Virus record (IMG/VR): IMGVR_UViG_3300031673_000001
Direction: 5' to 3' (one strand)
DNA: 64,000 bases
Source: a virus
Taxonomy: Duplodnaviria > Caudoviricetes
Below, piece after piece: positions 26,975-37,616 of the stretch. A model generated the notes under the pieces. It saw only the letters and a list, made by a program, of their open reading frames with translations. It had not been told where the DNA came from and made no database searches. Position numbers and translations under genes: made by a program. Positions within the stretch are counted from its first letter, which is position 1. The number at the start of each line of letters is the position of its first letter.

Positions 26975-28195
26975 ATGTCAAATGAAAATATTCCAGTCGA
27001 AGAACAGAAATATTACGAGAAACTAAATATTTCAGTTCTTTCAATCAGCAGAATTAAAGAATTATTAAAAGATGATATTAAATCAACAATCATCTCCTGG
27101 CAACAAGGAAGAAATGTTGAAAGACAATGTTATAGAATTATTGGACCAGCTGGCGTTGGTAAGACTCAAATCTGTTATCAGATAGTTGATGAATTAACCC
27201 AAGAAGTAGGTCAAAAATTTCATATTATTATGATCAAAGCTCCCGTTTTATCAAGGGATGATTTTATTATTCCATTTCCAGTTATCGACAATGGAAATAC
27301 AAGATTCAAAATGTTGTATTCGGATTTCGTGCCAGAAGGTAAAGATACCTATGGACTATTTGTTATTGACGAGTGTGGTCGTGGAGATCATGCATTACAA
27401 CAATTATTATGGCAAGTTCAAAATGAATATGCCATCCATAGGTATGAGTTTCCAAAACATTGGTTTGTTATATCAATTGATAATCCAGATGATTCTGAAT
27501 ATTCAATGGATATAATTGAGGATGCTGCAGGACTTCGTCGAAATCTTCATATTTATACAGAGGTTAGTGCAAAAGATTTTCTTGATTATGCAATTCTAAA
27601 TGACTTTCATCCATTTGTAATTGAGTATATTCAAACTCATCCAGAAAGGGTCTATGACTTTCAATCTCAAAAAGTAGGAGCAGTTTACGCCAATCCTGCA
27701 AGTTGGGAAAAGATTTCAGATCATCTATGGAAAATGGAAATAGCTCATGGAAGTATATTATTTGATAAGTTTGAACCCAAATGTTCTGGTTTGATTAATA
27801 CTAATCAAACTAGAATGTTTTTAGAATTTGCAAGAGATAAGAAGGATATTAATCCAAGAGATATCTTTTATAATTTTAATAAAGTTGAATCTCAAATAAA
27901 AGATCTTATTAAAAATAATGATAACTCCAAACTTGGTGAATTAATGATAAGTTTCGGAACTTTTATGGTTACCACAATGCCTAACTATGAAAATGGTAAC
28001 TTAAAGAATGTAATTGAGTTTCTATTATTAATGCCAATAGATACAGCAGCATTATTTATGTCTCAAATAGATCAATATGAAAGAAGCTCAAAAGCATTTC
28101 AATATATGGTAAAACTTCACATTATATTGACTCAAAGATCAAATAAATACAAGAAAGAATTCTATGATCCATTGGTTGGACTTGGACTAGAATAA
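26975..28195 (+). CDS. MoxR-like AAA+ ATPase
   Basis: GPAGVGKT Walker A, FVIDE Walker B, AGLRR. Confidence 0.8.
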   Translation: MSNENIPVEEQKYYEKLNISVLSISRIKELLKDDIKSTIISWQQGRNVERQCYRIIGPAGVGKTQICYQIVDELTQEVGQKFHIIMIKAPVLSRDDFIIPFPVIDNGNTRFKMLYSDFVPEGKDTYGLFVIDECGRGDHALQQLLWQVQNEYAIHRYEFPKHWFVISIDNPDDSEYSMDIIEDAAGLRRNLHIYTEVSAKDFLDYAILNDFHPFVIEYIQTHPERVYDFQSQKVGAVYANPASWEKISDHLWKMEIAHGSILFDKFEPKCSGLINTNQTRMFLEFARDKKDINPRDIFYNFNKVESQIKDLIKNNDNSKLGELMISFGTFMVTTMPNYENGNLKNVIEFLLLMPIDTAALFMSQIDQYERSSKAFQYMVKLHIILTQRSNKYKKEFYDPLVGLGLE

Positions 28196-28216
28196 ACCAA
28201 ATGTAAAGGAGTCAAT

Positions 28217-29494
28217 ATGCCTGGAAATCAAACCGATCAAAGAATAAAAGAATTACTTGCTAAATTTGTTCTAAAGTATGATTATTGGGGATATTTATTT
28301 TCTATAATAAGAAGAAAACCATCTGACAATTTTCCATCTATTATGGGAGTAGCACCTGAAATGGATGGAACAATAACTCTATGGTATAATCCTAAATTAA
28401 CCGATGGAACAAATGATAAAAATATTAGATTAGTTCTTGAACATGAAGGAATGCATTTATTAAATAAGCATGTAGCAAGATTAATAAGAATTCTTTCGGA
28501 TGAGACTGATATTACAAAGTTCCATATAAAAAGAGATTTATGGAATTTTGCAGCAGATGCTGCTGCTAATCAGCAAGCAAAATTTGAGCAAACACTTTGT
28601 ATAAATGGAGAAACCTGGCCATTAATATTTCCAAGTAGTTTAAACCTTCCTGATGGTAAAACCACTGAATGGTATTTTCATGAGCTATTAAAAAAGAATA
28701 AAGATTCAATGGATAAGCTTTCAGAAGAAATGAAAAAAATCTTTAAGATGTTAGAAAATCATTCAGAATGGGGAAAAGGTTTATCTAAAAGTCCAGATCC
28801 AAATTCTTTATCAAGAAAAATTGATAGTTTTCTAACAGATATTATAAAAAAATCTGTTAGAAGTTTTTCAAAAGATAGAGGAAATCTTCCAGCACATATA
28901 CAAGAATTAGTTGAACAAGCATTGGGTCCACCAAAAGTTCCATATTATGCATTAATTAAAAAACTTATTAAAGGAAGCAGACTATCTAAATTCAAAAGAT
29001 CTCACACTAAAGTCAATCGAAAGAGAGGGTATGTATTTATAATTGGAAATAAAGGTATTCCAGAAATATCACCTTTTCCAGGTCGAACTAGAGATTTCAC
29101 ATTTAAGGTGGGTATTGTTATTGATACATCAGGTAGTATGTTAATACAATGGATTGCAGAAGGTCTCTCTGGTGTGAAAAATATATTAGAAAAAGATAGA
29201 CACTGTCATGTTACAGTTATGCAAGTTGATACAGTAATTGAAAGTGAATATCAACCAAAGAAAATTAGAGATATTAAATTTGAAGCAAAAGGTAGGGGAG
29301 GAACATCACTATTTCCTGGTTTGGAAAGATGTAAAGAGTTAGGAGTTGATGTTTGTCTAGCATTTACAGATGGATTTTGTGAAAATATAAATCAAATATC
29401 TAGAAAATTATTACCAAAAAAAATTATTTGGATTCTAACTCCAAATGGAAGTATAAATAACATTAATAAAACTGGATATGTAATAAAGATTTAA
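28217..29494 (+). CDS. DUF2201-type metallopeptidase + vWA protein
   Basis: LEHEGMH, N.AAD..N, IDTSGSM, GRGGT, FTDG. Confidence 0.85.
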   Translation: MPGNQTDQRIKELLAKFVLKYDYWGYLFSIIRRKPSDNFPSIMGVAPEMDGTITLWYNPKLTDGTNDKNIRLVLEHEGMHLLNKHVARLIRILSDETDITKFHIKRDLWNFAADAAANQQAKFEQTLCINGETWPLIFPSSLNLPDGKTTEWYFHELLKKNKDSMDKLSEEMKKIFKMLENHSEWGKGLSKSPDPNSLSRKIDSFLTDIIKKSVRSFSKDRGNLPAHIQELVEQALGPPKVPYYALIKKLIKGSRLSKFKRSHTKVNRKRGYVFIIGNKGIPEISPFPGRTRDFTFKVGIVIDTSGSMLIQWIAEGLSGVKNILEKDRHCHVTVMQVDTVIESEYQPKKIRDIKFEAKGRGGTSLFPGLERCKELGVDVCLAFTDGFCENINQISRKLLPKKIIWILTPNGSINNINKTGYVIKI

Positions 29495-29507
29495 TTTCTC
29501 ATCAAGA

Positions 29508-29541
29508 AAAGGTCTAGTTCTTTTATAAGGACTAGACCTTT
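29508..29541. terminator. intrinsic terminator-like hairpin
   Basis: AAAGGTCTAGTTC/GGACTAGACCTTT. Confidence 0.7.
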
Positions 29542-29564
29542 AAAATGATAGGAGGTAGTGGAGT

Positions 29565-31364
29565 TTGCATACGCCAAAGAAGGAAACAGGTTATACTTCT
29601 AAAGATATTAGAGTTCTAGAAGAAATCGAACATATAAGATTGAACCCATCTATGTATATTGGGTCTACCAACAATCCAGTTCATCTTGTTGAAGAAGCAA
29701 TTGACAATGCTCTTGATGAAGCATTAGCAGGTTATGCAACAATTATTGCTGTAGTAATTGATACTAAAAAACATATATGTACAGTAATGGACAATGGAAG
29801 AGGAATTCCAATTACAAATGATGCTCCTATAATTATATCATCTAAATTATTTTCTGGAGCAAAGTTTCAAGATAAGAAAACCGCATATCAGATAAGTAGT
29901 GGCATGCATGGTATAGGACTAATTGCTATCAATGCTTTGAGTAGTGACTATAAAATTGAAATATTTAGAGATAACAAGCATGCTTTATTTATCTTTAAAA
30001 ATGCAAAATTAAAAAGCACATTAATTGAACCAAATGGAGATTCACGATTCTCAACAAAAATTGAATTTATTCCAGAAAAGAAAATTTTTGAAACTCTGAT
30101 TCCAGATATTGATAGAATAAGAAAAAGATTGATTACAGCATCTGCTGAACTAGATGAGAAAATAACATTCGTTTTACAAGTAGATGATGAAAAGGAAATA
30201 ATCAAATTAAGTTTGGATGACTATTTCAAAAATAATTGCACATCAACAGGTGAAGTAGAAACAACAATAGTTTTAAATTCTGTTCATAAACCAGAACAAT
30301 TTAGAGTAATGATGGCGTATGAAGATTCAGGGTCAATATCTTCCAAGGTATTATCGTCAGTTAATTTATTACCAGTAGAAGGAGGAGGAACTCATGTAAA
30401 TTGTTTTTATGAATTGCTTAGAGATTTCTTTATAACTAAAGCAAAAAAATTCAATTATAAGTTTCAACCAAATGATTTTCTCTATGGTTTAAGAGCATAT
30501 TTAATGTTGAGTTTGATTGAACCAAAATTCTCAGGTCAAACAAAAGATAAGTTAACAAATAGAAAAGTTTATTTTGATAAATTTATAAAAGATTGTAGAT
30601 TTCAATTAGAAGAATTTTCAAATAAATATCCAAAAAAACTTGATGAATTTCTACAGAGATTTCAAGATTATAGAAAAAAGATTGATGCAAAAAAATTAAC
30701 AGCAAATGGTTCAGGTGGCAGAAGAGCATCAACAAAATTTACAAAGCTTAGAGATTGCACAAGTAGGAATGGAGAGTTATTTATAGTTGAAGGAGAATCA
30801 GCAGGTGGTTCTATTATACAAAGTAGAAATCCAGCTATGCACGCAGTCTTACCATTAAAGGGAAAATCAATTCCAAATGTTACAATGAAAAAAGAGATAT
30901 TGAAAAATAAAGAAGTAGGTGAATTAGTTATGGCAATCGGAGCAGGAATTGGTCCTCATTTTGATATATCTAAAATGAGATATTCTAAAATCATTTGTGC
31001 TACGGATGCTGATCACGATGGTGCTCACATTGCTTGCTTGTTGACGATGGTTGTGGGAATACTATTACCTGAGATTATCAAGCAGGGTCGGTATTATATA
31101 GCACAGACGCCGTTGTTCGCAATCAATGAAAAGAAAGTATTTATCCCACTCTGGACAGAAGAGGAATTAGAAAAAGCAAGAAAAGCAAATAGAACTATTC
31201 AAAGATATAAAGGTTTGGGAGAAATGAATCCAGCACAATTGAAAATTAGTTTATTAGATGAAGCAACAAGAAATTTAACTCCACTAATATATAGTGAAAA
31301 TATTTCTGGATTGACCAAGTTATTTTCGAGTGCTGAAGAAAAAAGAAAATTAGTCACTGGATAG
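29565..31364 (+). CDS. type IIA DNA topoisomerase, B (ATPase/TOPRIM) subunit
   Basis: EAIDNALDE, DNGRGIP, GMHGIGL, IVEGESAGG, LPLKGK, TDADHDG, RYKGLGEM. Confidence 0.92.
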   Translation: MHTPKKETGYTSKDIRVLEEIEHIRLNPSMYIGSTNNPVHLVEEAIDNALDEALAGYATIIAVVIDTKKHICTVMDNGRGIPITNDAPIIISSKLFSGAKFQDKKTAYQISSGMHGIGLIAINALSSDYKIEIFRDNKHALFIFKNAKLKSTLIEPNGDSRFSTKIEFIPEKKIFETLIPDIDRIRKRLITASAELDEKITFVLQVDDEKEIIKLSLDDYFKNNCTSTGEVETTIVLNSVHKPEQFRVMMAYEDSGSISSKVLSSVNLLPVEGGGTHVNCFYELLRDFFITKAKKFNYKFQPNDFLYGLRAYLMLSLIEPKFSGQTKDKLTNRKVYFDKFIKDCRFQLEEFSNKYPKKLDEFLQRFQDYRKKIDAKKLTANGSGGRRASTKFTKLRDCTSRNGELFIVEGESAGGSIIQSRNPAMHAVLPLKGKSIPNVTMKKEILKNKEVGELVMAIGAGIGPHFDISKMRYSKIICATDADHDGAHIACLLTMVVGILLPEIIKQGRYYIAQTPLFAINEKKVFIPLWTEEELEKARKANRTIQRYKGLGEMNPAQLKISLLDEATRNLTPLIYSENISGLTKLFSSAEEKRKLVTG

Positions 31365-31377
31365 AAAGGAGAATAAA

Positions 31378-31866
31378 ATGGCAAGAGAAGGAAGGCAATG
31401 GACAAAAGAAGATCGAAAATTACTCTGTTTAATATTAAAAAAGATAGGGTTCAAATTTGAAAATTGTGAAACTGCAGAAGAATATTCGAATCTAAAAAGA
31501 AAACATTCACAATTATATGAAAAAGCAGCTCAAATTATGACAGTTATTTTTGGAGAAACATTTTCTGATTCCCAGTTAGAGTTACAAGTAAACAAAACAA
31601 ATATGTATCGTTTTCGAGAAACAGGACAAATAAATGATTCTGCATTACAGATGACAGGATGTATGATTGATACTGGACTTATAGATGCAGAAGGATTTAA
31701 AAATCTACATCATACATATTTTGATTTGCTACACATCAAAAAGCAAGAAGATCAAATTTTAAAGAAAGCTGAAGAAATAATTGAAAGAAAAAAATTAAAT
31801 AATAATTTTAATTTAGATAAAGAGATAGCATCTATAGATGATTTTATTAATGGAGATAAAACATGA
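31378..31866 (+). CDS. hypothetical protein
   Basis: 162 aa, AGGAG RBS. Confidence 0.65.
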   Translation: MAREGRQWTKEDRKLLCLILKKIGFKFENCETAEEYSNLKRKHSQLYEKAAQIMTVIFGETFSDSQLELQVNKTNMYRFRETGQINDSALQMTGCMIDTGLIDAEGFKNLHHTYFDLLHIKKQEDQILKKAEEIIERKKLNNNFNLDKEIASIDDFINGDKT

Positions 31867-32027
31867 GACAAAAAACTCTAACAAAACAATGTGATAGCTG
31901 TAACTTTTGTATAATGAATGAAAGGAATCAATTGTGTTGCACCTGGGGACATGGAAAATTTATTAAAGTTTTAAATACTCCAAAAAGAAAAAAAGGATAT
32001 CCAAATTGTAATTTAATAAAGAGTTGA
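31863..32027 (+). CDS. small Cys-rich hypothetical protein (54 aa)
   Basis: MRQKTLTKQCDSCNFC...CCTWG read manually; ATGA overlap. Confidence 0.5.
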   Translation: MRQKTLTKQCDSCNFCIMNERNQLCCTWGHGKFIKVLNTPKRKKGYPNCNLIKS

Positions 32028-32053
32028 ACATCTTAAAGGATGGAGAGTTTAAA

Positions 32054-32482
32054 ATGGGAACTAAAGCAGATTTCTATATTGATAATATCGGGGACATGAC
32101 CTGGTTAGGAAGTATTCATACACATGGAGAACCCTGGCATATTCCAATCAAATTATTAACAGAAATTAATCCAACTATGTTTGCCGAGGAGTTAAGCAAT
32201 TTTCTCGAGACAGTAAGACATGATGATTACAAGTGGCCCTGGCATTGGGAAGATAGTCAAATGACAGATTACTCATATATGCTTGATTGTGAAAGAGGCA
32301 AAGTTGTTGGATATTCTATGAAGGATAAAATGATTTTTGATCCATTGAAAGTTATAGGAGGTGAAGATCTAAACTCTTCAAAAATTGCAAATGCTATACC
32401 AAACTTTCCAAAGCTAGGAGTGAAACATGGACCAACGCCTTCCAAACCTTTACAAGGAATACGGGACTTATTCAAATTATAG
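32054..32482 (+). CDS. hypothetical protein
   Basis: track ORF 32024-32482; ATG 32054 has GGAG RBS. Confidence 0.6.
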   Translation: MGTKADFYIDNIGDMTWLGSIHTHGEPWHIPIKLLTEINPTMFAEELSNFLETVRHDDYKWPWHWEDSQMTDYSYMLDCERGKVVGYSMKDKMIFDPLKVIGGEDLNSSKIANAIPNFPKLGVKHGPTPSKPLQGIRDLFKL

Positions 32483-33734
32483 AAACTTTCCGCTTGATCT
32501 TGATGGATTAAAACCAGTTGAGAGAAGAGTTTTATTATCAGCATTTAAGATTGCAAAAACTAAATTTGCTAAATGCAGACAAGTCGATAGTTATACCTGT
32601 GGTCATTATCATCCACATGGAGAATGTTATGGAACAATAGTTCAATTAGTTAAGCAGGGGTTTTTAACAGGACAAGGAAATTTCGGAAGCAATGTCGGAA
32701 TTGAAATTGTTGGACCAGCTGCTCCAAGATATACAGAATGCAGAATTAATGACTATACATTAAATCTGGCATTCAAGATGATCAACTATGTTCCATGGGT
32801 TCAGACAGAACTTGATGATAAAGAACCATCTTATCTTCCAACCATGTTTCCGATATGTTTAATAGGTAGGGAATATACACAGGGAATAGGTTTTGGATTT
32901 AAAACATTCATTCCCTGTTTTGAAGTGAAAGATTTATATAAAAGATTATTGTGGTTATTAGAACAACGAAAAACAAAACCCACAATAGCACCAATTACAG
33001 ACTGTAAAATATTATCAGATAATAAGGTTTTGGAAGAGTTATTAACTATTGGAAAAGCAAAAATTGAAGTAACAGGAATAGTTAAAGAAGATGTAAGAAC
33101 TAATAAAGTAATATTACAATCTTGGCCACCTGGTAAAAGGTTTGAAACAATTCTTAATAAATTATCAAAACATTTTGAAAGTGGTGAGGTTGGATTTACA
33201 GATCTGTCAGTATCAACTACACAAATTGTATTTCAAATTTTAAGAGAAAGAAATAGAGATGCAATTTATCGGAGGTTTGTATTAGATTTAAAAGAGGCAA
33301 TTAAAGGATCAATATCATTTGAAACAATAACTGTCAATACAGATCAAAATGTAATCCATAAATCAATTGATAAAATGCTATTAGATACTTATTCTTCTTA
33401 CTGTCAAACGACAGAAAAAATGATCAATGAGGAAATAAAAAAGATAGATCAAATTATTACAGAGTATAAAGCATTACAGATAATTAGACCAATAATTGCA
33501 AGTGGAATTTATCATAAGTTATCACAAGAAGAAATATTAAATGTAATTGAAAAAAGCACAAATGTTTCTAAGCAAGTTACTAAAGAATTAATTAATAAAT
33601 ATAAAATAAACAAATTATTAACATTGGATACGGATACATCTCAATTAAATATCAAAATAAAAGAATTAAATGAAATTTTAAAACAAATAGTTCCATATGT
33701 ATTGGAGGATTATAATGGATTTATCAGATCGTGA
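32427..33734 (+). CDS. type IIA DNA topoisomerase, A (breakage-reunion) subunit without C-terminal pinwheel
   Basis: DGLKPVERRVL, YHPHGE, GQGNFG, AAPRYT catalytic Tyr; only 435 aa. Confidence 0.92.
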   Translation: MDQRLPNLYKEYGTYSNYRNFPLDLDGLKPVERRVLLSAFKIAKTKFAKCRQVDSYTCGHYHPHGECYGTIVQLVKQGFLTGQGNFGSNVGIEIVGPAAPRYTECRINDYTLNLAFKMINYVPWVQTELDDKEPSYLPTMFPICLIGREYTQGIGFGFKTFIPCFEVKDLYKRLLWLLEQRKTKPTIAPITDCKILSDNKVLEELLTIGKAKIEVTGIVKEDVRTNKVILQSWPPGKRFETILNKLSKHFESGEVGFTDLSVSTTQIVFQILRERNRDAIYRRFVLDLKEAIKGSISFETITVNTDQNVIHKSIDKMLLDTYSSYCQTTEKMINEEIKKIDQIITEYKALQIIRPIIASGIYHKLSQEEILNVIEKSTNVSKQVTKELINKYKINKLLTLDTDTSQLNIKIKELNEILKQIVPYVLEDYNGFIRS

Positions 33735-34062
33735 AAAAGAAGGTTTTGTTATATGTCCAAAATGCCATGGAGACGATTATACAAGAGGGAGATGTATTTA
33801 TCTATTAGATATTTGTATGAAATGTGGCGGGCAAGGTTATGTTGATTTTGTTGCAGCAGCTATGACTAATAGATATAGAACACCAGATAGGAGCAAACAA
33901 CTTGATTATGCTATGAAAAATATTGAAATACTTCGTATGGAAATAGTACAACAGGGAGCATTGGTAGGAGCTAATGTGCGAACTAATATAGACATTGAAA
34001 CCAGAGATCAATTCACGTATTCAATGAGACCAGAACTATCATTATATCGCGGAGGATATTAG
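33697..34062 (+). CDS. Zn-ribbon hypothetical protein
   Basis: CPKCHG...CMKCGGQG; likely start 33715. Confidence 0.6.
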   Translation: MYWRIIMDLSDREKEGFVICPKCHGDDYTRGRCIYLLDICMKCGGQGYVDFVAAAMTNRYRTPDRSKQLDYAMKNIEILRMEIVQQGALVGANVRTNIDIETRDQFTYSMRPELSLYRGGY

Positions 34063-34063
34063 T

Positions 34064-34498
34064 ATGTATAAAATTGAAAGAAGATTTAGTTTTGCAGGAG
34101 GACACAGATTAAGTAAACATCAAGGATCTTGCAAAAACATCCATGGGCACAATTATATTGTATATGTTGGTTTGAAAAGTTATATATTGAATGAGAATGA
34201 TATGATTATGGATTTCTCTGACTTAAAAAGTATTTTCGAAACTTATCTTCAAGAGTATGATCACTGTTTAGTTATAAATAAAAAAGATATGGAATGGTTA
34301 GAACCTCTTTCGCAGAAGATGAGTTGGAAGGTTAAAATAATGGATGATGAAGGTAGGGATCCAACAGCAGAGGTAATGGCGAATCATTTTTATAAATATC
34401 TTAAATCATTATTTGAAAAAGAGTTTAATAATATTCAGATTGATTATGTAACAGTTTATGAAAATGAGAATTCCAAATCAACATATACAGAGGAATAA
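34064..34498 (+). CDS. queD: 6-carboxy-5,6,7,8-tetrahydropterin synthase
   Basis: F..GHRL....G.C..IHGHNY, MDFSDLK, PTAE, VYEN. Confidence 0.9.
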   Translation: MYKIERRFSFAGGHRLSKHQGSCKNIHGHNYIVYVGLKSYILNENDMIMDFSDLKSIFETYLQEYDHCLVINKKDMEWLEPLSQKMSWKVKIMDDEGRDPTAEVMANHFYKYLKSLFEKEFNNIQIDYVTVYENENSKSTYTEE

Positions 34499-34500
34499 TT

Positions 34501-34962
34501 ATGAATACCTCTAGAAATAATTTATTTAAAAAATTAAAACAAATGAGCGAAATTTATGAAAAAGAGAATAAGATTTCACATGAAATACTAAAAGAGTTTT
34601 GTCGAATAATGCTTTCAAGTTCATCTACCTCAATTACATTTGTTGCTATGTATGATGGTTGCTCCAATTTTCGTTCAGGTAGAAATTCTTATAAAAGAAA
34701 ATTCTATCAATTATCAAGGTATATTGATCAGGAAATTGTTAATAAAATGAAAGACGAATTTATATTTAAAAGATATGATAAAGCTATGGATAAATTTTAT
34801 GCTTCAAAGGGTAGTATGAAAAATATGATATCTCTTCGATTAACAAAACAATATAGAGAATCAGATAGTATTTTTAATTTTGATCTATTAGAAGAAGAAG
34901 AAGTCATTGAAACACCACCAATGCAATCATATCAATTTGATCCACAAAATTTAATGATATGA
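34501..34962 (+). CDS. hypothetical protein
   Basis: 153 aa ORF. Confidence 0.6.
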   Translation: MNTSRNNLFKKLKQMSEIYEKENKISHEILKEFCRIMLSSSSTSITFVAMYDGCSNFRSGRNSYKRKFYQLSRYIDQEIVNKMKDEFIFKRYDKAMDKFYASKGSMKNMISLRLTKQYRESDSIFNFDLLEEEEVIETPPMQSYQFDPQNLMI

Positions 34963-34971
34963 GGACATAAT

Positions 34972-36375
34972 ATGAATATTATTAAAAGATCTGGTTTTCT
35001 TATTTCAAGAAAATATGAGAATTTAGAATTTTATAAAATGATTAAAGATCATTTAACAAGAAGAATGAAGAATTTTCAAAATTCAACATATGATATAAGT
35101 TTATTTTATTTAGAGTCAAATGATTATCTATTAATACCAAGATGCTTTCCTTTAAAAAATTATCTCTTTGATTTTAAGATACAAGATATAACACATAAAG
35201 GTGAAGATATTGAAGTTCAGCATAATATTATTCCAAGAACTGAAACACAGAAAAAAGCAATATCTAAAATGTTAAATTCTGAAAATTGTATTTTACAATT
35301 ATCACCTGGTGTTGGTAAGACTGTAATTTCAATATACACAATTGCAGTTAGAAAAAAGAAAAGTTTTATATTAGTTCATAGGGATGCATTAGCAGAACAA
35401 TGGCATAATAGATTAAAAACATTTACTAATCTTGAAGATGATAATATTTCAAGATTAACATCTGCAACATTTGAAAAAGATCTAACAAAACCAATAATCA
35501 TAAGCACATCGCAGACATTTATATCTCTTTTAAAGAGAAATAGACAAGCATTTTTAAGATCATTGGATGATGCAAATATCGGTGTCTTTATTGCAGATGA
35601 AGTTCACACATCTGTTGGAGCTCCAACATTTTCAGAATGTTCAATTCACATACCAGCAAAATATACATACGGATTGAGTGCAACTCCATATAGATATGAT
35701 GGCAATGGAGATATAATTGAATACCATCTGGGAGAAATATTTTCTGATGATGATGTGGAAGGGACAATGGATGTAAGAGTAACAGCTATACTACTCGATT
35801 ATCAAATTGATACTCCTAAAAGACATACTTATATTAGATGGGGTGGAGAATTTCAAAGAGCAAGATATTTCAATATGATGAAAAAATCAGAAACATTTTT
35901 AAGAGTTATAAAAGGATTGCTATTAAAATTCAAAGAAGATAGAGATCTATTATGTCTTTCAGAACGGATTAAATTAATTGAAGACCTTTACAACTGGTTA
36001 CCATCTGATAGTAAATCAAAATTTTGTGGTTCAGCAAAGTTAGATCAATTAGATTATAAAATGACATTCACAACACCTGGTAAATGTAGGGATGGAATTG
36101 ATGCACCACAAAAAGATTGTGTTATAATGACTTCTCCAATTACAAATATTGAACAATTAACTGGAAGAATTGTTAGAAAACATCCAAATAAAAAGACTCC
36201 AATTGTAGTTGATATGGTTGACTATGGATGTAAAGAAATATCAAGAACATTACATAATCGAATTAAATTTTATAATAAGAAAAATTGGCCAGTTAACTTT
36301 CTTTTGGCAACACAAACTAAAATAATTGAGTTAGATGAGGAACACGCATACGGAATTATTAATGGAGAAATGTAA
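34972..36375 (+). CDS. superfamily 2 DNA helicase (UvsW-like)
   Basis: SPGVGKT, IADEVH, GLSATPYR, GIDAP, QLTGRIVR. Confidence 0.88.
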   Translation: MNIIKRSGFLISRKYENLEFYKMIKDHLTRRMKNFQNSTYDISLFYLESNDYLLIPRCFPLKNYLFDFKIQDITHKGEDIEVQHNIIPRTETQKKAISKMLNSENCILQLSPGVGKTVISIYTIAVRKKKSFILVHRDALAEQWHNRLKTFTNLEDDNISRLTSATFEKDLTKPIIISTSQTFISLLKRNRQAFLRSLDDANIGVFIADEVHTSVGAPTFSECSIHIPAKYTYGLSATPYRYDGNGDIIEYHLGEIFSDDDVEGTMDVRVTAILLDYQIDTPKRHTYIRWGGEFQRARYFNMMKKSETFLRVIKGLLLKFKEDRDLLCLSERIKLIEDLYNWLPSDSKSKFCGSAKLDQLDYKMTFTTPGKCRDGIDAPQKDCVIMTSPITNIEQLTGRIVRKHPNKKTPIVVDMVDYGCKEISRTLHNRIKFYNKKNWPVNFLLATQTKIIELDEEHAYGIINGEM

Positions 36376-36581
36376 TGACCAAACGAGAAGAACTTATTGG
36401 ACAAGGTCCAATGCAATTTATTTATTATATGACCCTATTAGAAGATAGTCCTTGTCAGATATGTATTGTTAAACCAATGTGTTCTAAATCATTTATGGAA
36501 GACACTGCATGTGATTTATTTTTAGAATTTATTGAGAAGAAAGAAAAAGAAGTAGAAGAAAAGGGTGTATGGATTTATTAA
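36375..36581 (+). CDS. small Cys-rich hypothetical protein
   Basis: 68 aa, PCQICIVKPMC. Confidence 0.55.
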   Translation: MTKREELIGQGPMQFIYYMTLLEDSPCQICIVKPMCSKSFMEDTACDLFLEFIEKKEKEVEEKGVWIY

Positions 36582-36593
36582 TGAGGAGGGAAA

Positions 36594-37616
36594 ATGAAAT
36601 TTGGATTTACAGCAGATATACATCTATCTAGATATGGTCAAGATCCAATAGAAGACTCATCAGGTCTTCCAGAAAGATTACATGGACTAACTAGATCTTT
36701 ATATTTTATGATGGATCATTGTAAGAAAAATGAAATAGAGAATATTGTAATTGGAGGAGATATTCTTCATGGAAAATCAATTATCTATGCATTAGCACAA
36801 GATGTTATGCTTCAATTTTTTAATGATTGCAGCTACTTTCAATTTTGGGTAATTGATGGTAACCATGATTTATCTGGAAAGGGAGAGGATGCTGTTTCTG
36901 CATTAAGATCATTGGAAAACATTTCAAATGTTCATTGGATAAGTAAGAAATCTGAAAAGTTTGAAAATATATTATTTGTGCCTTATTCGACTAAGGTTGT
37001 TGAACAGGTTAAGAAAGGAAAAGCAGATATACTAATTTCACATTTTGGATTAAGTGAAGGAGTGTTAAATTCAGGAATAAGTATCATTTCAAATATTAGT
37101 ATGTCTGATTTAAGATCAAGATATAAACTAATTCTTCTCGGACATTATCATAAACCACAAGAAATTATTGAAGAACATACAAGTATGTATTATGTAGGAT
37201 CTCCAATACAATTAGATTGGGGAGAAAAAGGAGATCCTAAAAGATTTTTGATCATTGATTCAAAAACATTAGAAGTAAAATCAGTTCTAACAAAAGGATA
37301 TAAAAAATTTATACAAATTGAGTTAACATCAAAAAATAAAAAACAGATAATGAAAGTTGCAAAAGATGCACGAGATCAAGGTCATTATATCAAGATTCTA
37401 ATGAAAGAAGAAAAAGTTGATATTACAGGTTTTGAAGACTTCAATGTTGTTGATAAAACAGAAGCTGATGTGACTGATAGAGGTATTACAAGCACAATGT
37501 CACAAAAAGAAAAATTAGAAAGATATCTCGAGATAAAAGAAATTCCAGAAAATGAACGTCAAGAATATTTAGATATAGGACTTCAAATAATTGATGCTTG
37601 TGAGGTGAATATATGA
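36594..37616 (+). CDS. SbcD/Mre11-like (T4 gp47-like) nuclease
   Basis: ADIH, GGDILH, GNHD, LGHYH, GSP metallophosphoesterase motifs. Confidence 0.9.
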   Translation: MKFGFTADIHLSRYGQDPIEDSSGLPERLHGLTRSLYFMMDHCKKNEIENIVIGGDILHGKSIIYALAQDVMLQFFNDCSYFQFWVIDGNHDLSGKGEDAVSALRSLENISNVHWISKKSEKFENILFVPYSTKVVEQVKKGKADILISHFGLSEGVLNSGISIISNISMSDLRSRYKLILLGHYHKPQEIIEEHTSMYYVGSPIQLDWGEKGDPKRFLIIDSKTLEVKSVLTKGYKKFIQIELTSKNKKQIMKVAKDARDQGHYIKILMKEEKVDITGFEDFNVVDKTEADVTDRGITSTMSQKEKLERYLEIKEIPENERQEYLDIGLQIIDACEVNI

